A stretch of 64,000 bases of DNA, taken from Antedon mediterranea. Taxonomy: Eukaryota; Animalia; Echinodermata. Location of the stretch: contig NC_092680.1 in NCBI RefSeq assembly GCF_964355755.1, forward strand, positions 7,874,001 to 7,938,000. The letters are read 5' to 3'. Below the pieces are notes generated by a model. The model saw nothing but the letters and a program-made list of their open reading frames with translations, ran no database searches and was not told the origin of the DNA. This document shows positions 54,845-64,000 of the stretch, piece by piece. The position numbers and the translations under genes are program-made. The first letter of the stretch is position 1; each line of letters opens with the position of its first letter.

Positions 54845-55588
54845 ATTAGGTGATCATTTAGAATAAAATGATCACCTATTGTTATTGTATCAAATCTTTA
54901 TTGGTTATCCGCAACGAAGTTGCTGATAACCTCTTGTGATTGTACGAAATCATCATCAAAATCAACTTTTTATTTCTCTTCTTTCTTTCTGTATGATTTT
55001 TGTGCAACGCTTTTCTCTGAAACTTGCAAACGTAACATTTTGTGAACTATGTTAACATTTTGACATTTATGTAACGTCGTCAAGCGAAGCTTATATTAAT
55101 TCATATAAAAATTAAGCTTATCGGATGTTGTGACGTTACCGTATGGCCAGTTGAAGTTAAAAAGTATTTTTTTCATCGCTTTCGTAAAAGTTATACAATT
55201 TTTAAATAGCGCGCACCGCCCTTCTACGTGCCAAATTTTCTTCCAATTGTTATATTTTATTACTCAATTCATTATCTTTCGATATTGTTATCTTCAAGTT
55301 TAATTTGACAACGTCATCATACCAAAAAATTAGAACATGATGTGGGTCCCGTAATTTCACCTATGCTACACTGTATATAGATATACACAGTACAGTATAT
55401 ACTGTACATATTGTATATGGCATATAATAGGCACAACTCAGCACTATAAGCGTATAATAGAGGATGGCATACATCAACATTTTCCGATTGTATGTTAACG
55501 TAGGTGCATGTTTAAAAAATATGAATGTCAATAAAATGATAAAAATGATCACCTATAATTCGTCAAAGTGACGAATTAAATTCTAGTT
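54845..55588 (+). mobile_element. Helentron-associated non-autonomous element (HINE/DINE-1-like)
   Basis: 5' subTIR TAGGTGATCATTT followed by its inverted copy (to about 54878); 3' subTIR AAATGATCACCTA (55543-55555), then stem-loop AATTCGTCA-aag-TGACGAATT and CTAGT (55583-55587). Confidence 0.65.
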
Positions 55589-56098
55589 ACAAGTTGTACT
55601 TGGATATCAAACTGTCTATTTGGTCGTCTTGAGCCTCAAGAGAATAGCAACTATGTATGAGCTGTAATAAACAGTAAGTACAGTATAGAAATCATATATC
55701 GACTAGCATTAAAATTACAAGTGGGAGTCTGTAGTACAGTGAAAAATTTCATTTCAAAATTTTAGCAAAATTGCTAATCAAACTGATTTAGTCGAGAAAC
55801 ATAGTTTTGTATTGTATTTTTTGCTACACAATTTTCGAAATGTGTAGCAATAAGGTTGTTTTGTATAGCTTTTTGCTATGCCACACTGGCGAAATTATTC
55901 CTTGTAGTAGATAAAAGAGACGTTCAAAACAGGTTAAAAAAGAAAATCATAGTACGGTTATTATTGTACAGTATATTAATTAAACAAGCTGAACATTTTA
56001 TATAGTGATTTAATACGCAAATAATGTTTCTACATTTTTTTTACTGCAGAGTTTACGTGAATTTCTGTCAGCATTGATCATGTTGTATTCCACCACCA

Positions 56099-56674
56099 GA
56101 TTTGCATTTGTATAGGACGCCTTTGTCTTAAAATTCCGTCTCCACCCTGCTTTGACGTGATTTCTTTGTTTAACATACCTAGGTCTATTGTTCCATTGTG
56201 GCAGTCCAGCAATCACATAGTGGTTTTCTAACGTTAGTGTTTGGTTAATGTTTAGGTTCACTAATAACCGTTATTTTATTACATTTCTATAACGTAAAAA
56301 GAAACATTCAGATAACGTTTTTAGGTTAGCATTTACAGGATACATAACGCTATAAAAACGGTACTTGAATTTTAAAACTATAAAAATCTGAAAAAAAAAT
56401 CAATAAAAACATTATTAGATAATGCCTCATTTCTATCATTTTATTATACTACCCTAACCCTTTATTTGTTAATACTGTACTAACTTAATTATTTAGATAG
56501 ATTTAGATACACAAAGGCGCTAGGCCGGCAAAAGTTATTAAAATATGTTTCAGAACACCAGGTTTATTTCATTGGTACATTATATTTTATCAGTAAACCG
56601 TATATTAAATGCCTGGAATTTTTATCATTTTATTTTATTGATGATCCTCCTTTATCTGCAAAAAAATAAAAACA
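56099..56674 (-). repeat. Right arm of ~580-bp inverted repeat
   Basis: Reverse complement of 53017-53597 with only scattered substitutions and small indels. Confidence 0.95.
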
Positions 56675-56963
56675 AACCCGGTATTTCCGCTGAAAAGTTA
56701 GGAGTCTTCCATTTGTTTTGGCGCGCCTCGCGATCGATCGAAAAAGTGGGTTAATTACAGAAGAAAAGCAGAAATATAAATCCGCGCCCAATGCATTTTG
56801 GGATTTATAGCGGGCCGCTATAATTATTAGAATCGACTTATTTTTCACATTTTTAACCATTTAAAGACGAAAAAAGTTATCGCAATAGGACCATATAGTA
56901 TTATTTTTACATTAAATATAGTTTCTGATCTTAAAATAGATCTAAAAAACGTAGGTGTCTTTA

Positions 56964-57085
56964 AGCTTAGTTCCCATCAGAGATGGTCAACGCAAGCGAC
57001 AGTTCGAATAATCCATCACTTGTGATTGGTCAAATCACTTATGTTGCGTGCACGTCCTTTATTGTGTCTCTAGTAGGAACCAATC
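56964..57085. mobile_element. Family-1 MITE remnant abutting the Kolobok-like element
   Basis: AGCTTAGTTCCCA ... TGTGATTGGTCAA ... CTAGTAGGAACCAA. Other degraded copies lie near 12600-12740, 17690-17870, 35150-35310, 46485-46760 and 50148-50225. Confidence 0.65.
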
Positions 57086-58346
57086 ATTACTGCTGTAGTG
57101 TATTGGTTTGGCGTATGAGCAATTTTGCTAATTCTAAGAAGGTTCACCAAGATTCACCAAATATGGATGTTTGATTGGCTTTGTCGTGTCTTGGTTTTGT
57201 TTTGATAATAAAAATATAATATTTATCCCCAATTGAGGTCCTCCTTCACAGACACACAATAGCCACAGTGCAGATCCCACCGGTGCCTCGAAATGGACCA
57301 TTACGGCGGGATTAAATATTCCTGGGGTATTTCAGTTTCCCTAACATTGACGACTTGTTCTGCCGCCATAACCAAGGCGTTCAATGCGACCTGTGCCTAC
57401 ATCACGGCTACGGTTTGCGGCGCCTCCCTTAACCGCTCTATACTCAACAACAGCATAAACTGAATGAACTGCTAATAATATGAATAAGAAAGTAAAAACA
57501 TGTACAATGCTACAATTTAACATATCTAAAAGACGGTACTGTAATTATTTCATTTACAAACTACATATTAACGGAGTATAACGGCGTACCACATACCATA
57601 CCATAGAGGGCGTCGCGTCGTTGTTGTTGTTTTTTACAGTTTTCTCATACAATGATAGTTCTTAGTTTGACGGTCAATGATTAGATATTAATTCGCTAAT
57701 ACATTCACATCTAAATTAATGACGTCATTCATACATTGAGTTTCCACGATATGATGTTGATGCATCTATTTTGAGTATTCTTTCATGATTTATTCGAAGA
57801 GAATAACAGTTTAAAAGTTCACTGTCCCAAGTTTTTACTTGGGTATTGTTAATTTAAGTTGGCTCCCTCGTAGTGATTTATATAGCCATGTAAGTCTGAT
57901 AATACTCTAATATACGTTTATATCCGTTCATATATATGATATATTGGCTGTAAATCGAACAATCATACAGAATACTGTGTACGTGATTATTTTTAAATTA
58001 ATAATAGTTCAATCATATCGTATTATACATATTTTATCAAATGTAGCTGTATGTAACTTTTTATACCGTTTTCCATACTGTTCAGTATCAATTTTGTCGT
58101 GTGGTGAATATTACAAAACTAGTTCCAGGTTCCAAATCATGTGTAATAGTATGGTTTCCAATTACCAAAACGGTATTATCCAGAGGCCTTATCATAATGA
58201 TTTAAAGCAAAACAACTATTGAATATTTGCGATTAAAAGTAGTTGTATGATAAATTCTAACAAACTAGATACGTGATGTATGCCGGGATGACCATGAATC
58301 ATAAATAATATTAAAATATTTCTGACCGTGGGCTTTTACATTACAG

Positions 58347-58482
58347 GTGTCTGTACAGGTGTCATGTGGTACTTTGACAGCTATGAGTATTGATAGGTGG
58401 CAGGCAATTCTCTACCCAATGGAATCGTTGGAGAAAAGAACGACAAGGAAAGCTGTTATAATCAGTTTGTCAGTTTGGTTTA
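58347..58482 (+). CDS. KISS1R: Kisspeptin-receptor-like GPCR gene B, coding exon 2 (136 nt)
   Basis: Acceptor ttttacattacAG at 58345-58346; VSVQVSCGTLTAMSIDRWQAILYPMESLEKRTTRKAVIISLSVWF; donor TTA|GTAAGT at 58483 (phase 1); DRW motif as in KISS1R. Confidence 0.92.
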
Positions 58483-58537
58483 GTAAGTATAACCTGATAA
58501 TCCATAATAATGTTACAATATTATTTAAAAGTAGCCA

Positions 58538-58910
58538 CATTCGTTCGTTCGTGCATTCATTCGTTCGTTCGTTCGTTCGTTCATTTATTCATTCGTTCAT
58601 TTATTCATCCGTTCATTTATTCATCCATTCATTCGTTCGTTCATTTATTCATTCATTTATTCAATCATTTATTCATTCATTTTTTCATTCATTCATTCGT
58701 TCGTTCGTTCGTTTGTTCGTTCATTTATTCATTCGTTCGTTCATTCATTTTTCCGTTCGTTCATTTGTTCATTCATTCGTTCATTCATTTATTCATTCGT
58801 TCGTTCATTCATTTTCCGTTCGTTCATTTGTTCATTCATTCGTTCATTCATTCGTTGGTTCGTTCGTTAGTTCATTTATTCATTCAATCATCCGTCCGTC
58901 CGTCCGTTGG
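58538..58910. repeat. Compound (TTCA/TTCG/TCCG)n microsatellite in gene B intron 2
   Basis: About 370 bp of tetranucleotide variants. Confidence 0.95.
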
Positions 58911-58991
58911 TCCGTTGCTTTGCCATTCACAACTAACAGATTCCTCAGTGCAATATCCAAACCCATCATTGTGATGTGCTATGATATTTAA

Positions 58992-59117
58992 AGCTCTGTC
59001 TACACTATCAAACTAGTGATATGCTCAAATATGATAGTGATTATATGACATCATCATGTCGATATATGAGTACCTAACATTTTTTGTTTTCACATAATTT
59101 TATGTGTAGACAGGGCT
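58992..59117. mobile_element. MITE family 2 copy in gene B intron 2
   Basis: TAA|AGCTCTGTCTACACTATCAAACT ... GTGTAGACAGGGCT|TTA. Confidence 0.8.
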
Positions 59118-59208
59118 TTAGTAAATTATTTGCTATATTGATTATAAATTTCAAACAGATAAATAATCATTTTATGTTTTTAATATGTACAATTATTTTT
59201 TTTTACAG

Positions 59209-59927
59209 CATCCTTTGCTATTCATATTCCGGTAATATTTTTCTTTCAAGTTTTGGATGTATATGTTGGCTTAAAGGTGTGCACCCGGATTTCTCAATTT
59301 TCACAAGGCATTTCACGAGCACAAGAGATAATATCTGTTGTTTTACTTTTTGTTTTACCTTTTATCATCATCACATATTGTTATGCGCAAATATTGCGAC
59401 GAATTTGGTCAAAGCGTCAACATGTGAACATGAGCTCAGAGGCAGAACGTACACGGCGGTTACGAGTTACGCGAATGACGTTGATTGTTGTTATTCTGTT
59501 TGGTATTTGCTGGGGTCCTATACATGTAATCAACCTAATGTTTATGCTACAGGATCCAACCAATGAGGAAGCCATCGCTTGGTATTATTTTAAAGTGTTT
59601 TGTTTGTGTTTAGCATATTCGAACGCCGCCATGAACCCATTTGTGTATGCATTCAGTGGCAGAAACTATAGGTCACTTTGTTGGTCACTTATTGTAAGTA
59701 AACGGCCATCAACAAATAACAATAGCAGGCGGGAATCGTCTGTAACAGGCATAGAAAATAGCACCAGCCTACTGAAGTCTTGGCGGCAAAGTTCCTATAG
59801 ACGATCATCGGTAAAACAAGAACGGACATATCGCTACAGTCCGAGTCATCCATTTTTATCCAGACCGCAGTTGAATTCGGGATCTATAAAAATGACGTCA
59901 TTTCATGAGGATAAGGAGCCAACTTAA
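59209..59927 (+). CDS. KISS1R: Kisspeptin-receptor-like GPCR gene B, coding exon 3 (end of TM4 to C-terminus)
   Basis: Acceptor tttttttttacAG at 59207-59208, phase compatible with exon 2; ECL2 Cys, TM5 FVLPFIIITYCY, TM6 FGICWGP, TM7 YSNAAMNPFVY, Ser/Thr-rich tail, stop TAA ending 59927. The joined CDS encodes about 406 aa. Confidence 0.93.
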
Positions 59928-62529
59928 AGGTGTTTGCTATAAATAATTCATTGAAGCTTAAGCCACCTAAAAAGAAACGGTGTATTTGTAAATTATATTT
60001 ATATCGTACCGGTAATAATTTTGTCATGCAACAAAAAGCAGTCGGTAATTCGTCTGTGGTGCTGTTGGGAATGATCAAATTAAGTAAATAAGAAAAAGTT
60101 TTAAAAGTATTTTAAACATAGATTGACCTTTAATGTCTTTGAAAGAAGACTTAAGAAACTGATCGAAAGATGAGGGAGTGCTAATTATAAGTCGGACCAT
60201 AATTGAAGATACAGATAACTCGAGTATTTCAATTAGCTTTTGTAACGTCACCAATATATATTGACTTTCCTGAAAATCAATAAGCATTGTCTGTTGGTAT
60301 TCTGTATAGGCCTATTAGTAGACAAATATCGGGACGACCTAATAGGTGAAACAATTAAACTTGCATACACATATAAAAATACTTAGCAAAATGCTTCACG
60401 AACATTTAAGAAAAACGTGCAATATTAAACGTAAATATTATAGTATAATATTCTATGTAATTAATTAATGATAGGCCTATATATCAAAAAAGAACATTTA
60501 AGTTTTAAACTCGAGAATTGCATCAACATTTGAATAATATATTTGAATTGACAACATGACAGACACTCAGAATAATTAAGATAATGAGGACAGCCCACCG
60601 AATGACGACAGACAGACATACAGACAGACAGAGAGACTTGCTAGACACATAATTGAACAACATTGTCAGTATATTTTAGGGAATAGATTGAAAGAACGTT
60701 GTATTTGACGCTTTACTGTCAATTGTCACTATAGGCCTACTAAATTGTAATAAATATATAATGAATGTCAGTGCTCTTGTTAACATTATTTCAATTAAAA
60801 TAGGCTTATCAAGAACAAAATGCGCATTTTGACACGTACGGTTCATTTAAATGCAAATGTTTTACACGCATGAAAAACCCCCAATAATTATCCTGAAAAT
60901 GAAAAACAGAAAGACATCGAGATGAAGATGACGCGGAGGAAGCATTTTTACCGTTTTGTTCTCCGACTTTTTAGAGCTTCCAAAGAGCAACTCACCAGGC
61001 GAACAATAATGATGAAAACCAGTCCGGTTTTGAACAGTTAAGCCTGGAAGAAATTTAAAGAAAGAAATGGGTGAATATTCGAACCAAACGTTCATAATTT
61101 AGCTCTTATTCTATTCTATACAGGTCTATACACGGTGCCCTACAGACAACAGACCGCCTAACAATACTTAGTAATTCATTAAATAGAGGTGCCGAATTCG
61201 CTCCTCTCAAATCAACAGATAACGACTAACGATTTTAGGCATTACAATTCTACGTTCGTTTTTCGTTGGTTGACAACTGCGCACCAGTATAAATAACAGT
61301 GTTAGTTGATCAATGATTTCAACTAAAAACATAATTGCAAGGTGAGTAATGTAGCAAGAAACCATAGAGTCCACTAAATTGGACAAAAATAAAGTTATAT
61401 TGAATCATAATGGTCAGCCTCACGTTTTTCGGAGTTTGTTTTATATTATCATAATGTAGAAAGACATTGTAGTAGTCTAGATGTCATGTCTTCGAGTTAA
61501 AATTCATTCAATGAAATGAGTATTTCACCGGGTTTTATTAGTTTTAGGCCTACTTCGTACTTTGATAGTGCATTTAGATTATTGGACCATTTTTTGTTTA
61601 TTGTGATTTACTAAAAGCCTATGTACCTATGCCAGCTTCCAGTTACAAATCACCAAGCTGTAATAGTCAATTAACACAATGTTGTTTAAACAGGTGTAAG
61701 GTATTGTGTGTGGATAAAAAGCTATAAGAATTATAACCATTAATTGTATTAAGTTCAATAACTTATTGTAACATAATGTGTTAATGTATCTATGCCTGAT
61801 CCTAACCAGGTGTTATATATTGAATCGAAAAATATGAATACCGTAATGTAATTACACATAGATTAATGATAAGCACACACACACACACACACATTTTAAT
61901 TACTGAGTGGGATGCACTTCTTCCATCAACAAATTAGTAATATTTCAGATTTAACACGCTTTCATTTCTGAGTAGGATTTTTTAAAATACAATATTCATT
62001 TTTAAATGTATCATATTCTTGAAATCAAATTTTCGTTTTTAGTGAAGATAAAATGAAGGAGATGATTTTTTTCAATTTTATCATATGCTTATTTTCAATA
62101 TTTTCAGATTTAGGAATTATTGTGCATCTCAATTATGATTCAACTTTATTTTGGTTAAACGCTTTTTATAGCTTACGTTAATAAGTAATTTTCTGTTCCA
62201 TGCTAGGAAATTACCAGCATTTAGTATAAGTACAGTATCTTTTGTATGTTATGACCTCCCGTCAATGAAATATTTGTGGTATTATGCATTTTTAAAAAAT
62301 GTAAAAAATTAATCGATACATTGCTTTAATGAAGACACGTACAAAAAAAGATGAATGTTCATGTTGTTGTAACCGAATGTATTTAAATAACTGATTCTTA
62401 TATTCGTCAGGTTTGATATACCACGTGATTTTACGGTATTATGCCTTCTGCATATATATACCTGTAGTAAATCAAGTTCAAATCTTAAATACAATACCTT
62501 TAATGATTTCCATGATGATATTATTAATA

Positions 62530-62660
62530 TAAGATAAGATAGGATAATTTTTATTGGTCAATCATAAAATATGTTGGAAATTCATTTTCCTAATGGCGTA
62601 CACATACAAAAATACATATACAAATTAAAAATATAATATATATAAAAAGAAAACATATAC
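62530..62660 (-). mobile_element. 5'-truncated LINE 3' end with (TATCT)n tail
   Basis: Minus strand TGAATTTCC...GACCAATAAAAATTATCCTATCTTATCTT. Confidence 0.5.
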
Positions 62661-63086
62661 TTAAAAATAGACGAACTGGATTATTATTCATTAAAACATT
62701 TAAAAAAAATAATGTATATATTACTATTAATTATTACTGTATATTAAAATCAATCAATTTAAATGTTAGATTTTCCCTAAATTTCCGTACCTTATATTAT
62801 AATTCTCCATTATTTTTTGTTGTAGATGACGTCATTCACGATCTATATTATATCTATACAGAACCATGAAGCCTTTGTTATGCTAATTGGTAAAAGAAAT
62901 CAACAAAAGTCGGCTTTAATAGTTCAATAGGCAACTATTGACGGCAAACCAGGTACAACCGTCACCTTTAGTCGTTTTTAAATGACATAAGGAGTAGGCC
63001 TAACAGTTTGGATCTTCGTTTTTGGAAACCAAAGCCTTGGGGAAGGCATTTTAACCCCTAGGCATCTTACTGGAAGAATATTCAAG

Positions 63087-63120
63087 ATGACGGAGATTAC
63101 GGTAGACGACGGGGAAATAC
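63087..63120 (+). CDS. Possible first coding exon of a downstream gene (MTEITVDDGEI...)
   Basis: TCAAG-ATG context, 34 nt, then consensus donor GTAAGT at 63121 in a locally CpG-richer region; product not recognisable. Confidence 0.3.
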
Positions 63121-64000
63121 GTAAGTTGTACATTTTCCGTCGGATTTACCGAGCAGGAATTTCCGGTCTGTATGCCTTTAACAGACGTACACGTAACAAG
63201 GCTCCATGTAGGCCTACTCTATCTGTATGATTGTATTATTGTGTGTCCAGCACTATAATATTATATCATATTATTATATTAAAATATTGGTTTATCTATT
63301 AACCAATGTCACTAAAAGGAATTCCACTAAAACAGCCTTCAACATAGATATTATGCTTAGGTGCAGTTGGGCCATTCATTTATTAAGACTCTCAGAACGG
63401 CCAAGAGCATGGTCAGTTAGACCCTATTTTAATGACATGGTGGTCTTAGAATGGAGGATGTAGGCATACCAGAAAATTACCACATCGTATTAGAGTCGAG
63501 AAAACAAAAATCAAAACCTTATTGCAATAATAGCACATCATTTTTAAACCACACTGCAAAAAAATGTTATGGGCTCATAAAAATAATTTACAATAGAGTA
63601 AAATAATTATTTTAATATTATTCTGCTTTATATTATCATGCTTATATTTTAATTTGTTTTAAATTAGTTTTATTAGATAACCAGAGAAGAGTAAAATTAC
63701 AGTAATTTCACAATTCCCTTGAGTAATTTTTAAACAATTTAAAAATGAATGTTCATGCGTATTCAGCGAAGAGTGAAATTACAATAATTTCACTATATAA
63801 GTTCATACATTACTTGGTATAGCCTTATAAAAGAAACCTATGACTTTTTGATGAATTCATTAATCATCGCTATTACCCGATTCAATGAATGGAACATTAC
63901 CTAATGATCTTTACTAATTGTGCCAGTTTAGTGTTGGCTGTATGCAATTTGTCAGATATAATATGTAAAAAGAACATCGCCTTTTTTAATCCAATATGAA

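Larger units (their letters stand above)
52591..56960. mobile_element. 4.37-kb composite non-autonomous Kolobok-like element
   Basis: TTAA at 52587-52590 and 56961-56964; TIR AGACACCT / AGGTGTCT; AG...CT termini with TTAA fit Kolobok rather than piggyBac (CC...GG); both subterminal regions are homologous to the element at 19058-20269. Confidence 0.75.

Noticed and set aside
53432-56261. Duplicate ORFs MNLNINQTLTLENHY on opposite strands
   Set aside because: A by-product of the inverted repeat; GTG start and no recognisable domain.
58483-58991. Long ORFs 58347-58991 and 58510-58974
   Set aside because: Beyond the donor at 58483 they are translations of a stop-free microsatellite.
59084-59566. 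160-aa ORF overlapping gene B exon 3
   Set aside because: Alternate frame starting at TTG in intronic MITE sequence; no independent support.
60880-61080. LEEI*RKKWVNIRT, reminiscent of a MADF/Myb-SANT motif
   Set aside because: Interrupted by stops and only a few matching residues.
63552-63800. CACTGCAAAAAA plus AGAGT(A/G)AAATT subrepeats suggesting a CACTA/EnSpm remnant (similar at 22750-22930)
   Set aside because: No matching opposite terminus or TSD found.

Overview
AT-rich animal genomic DNA with spliceosomal introns; an invertebrate deuterostome such as an echinoderm is plausible but is inference only. The window holds two divergently transcribed (head-to-head) class A GPCR genes of the kisspeptin-receptor (KISS1R/GPR54) type. 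Gene A (- strand) has exon 1 at 5592-5254 and exon 2 at 2655-2520; the rest lies left of the window. Gene B (+ strand) is complete: exons 27469-27834, 58347-58482 and 59209-59927, about 406 aa, with a 30.5-kb first intron. Both genes share the same intron positions and phases and a 136-nt middle exon. The rest is repeat-rich: two LINE copies plus LINE 3' tails, three TTAA-flanked AG...CT (Kolobok-like) elements (one 4.4 kb with a ~580-bp internal inverted repeat and a nested Helentron-type element), stacks of Harbinger-like MITEs, minisatellites and microsatellites. The most notable signals are an AG|GTAAGT recursive-splice-type junction at the start of gene A exon 2, candidate ratchet sites in the long intron, a strong excess of the palindrome TAGGCCTA, and a possible first exon of a third gene near the right edge. 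No prokaryotic-type system, CRISPR array, rRNA or intact tRNA was seen. Counts and alignments were made by eye.
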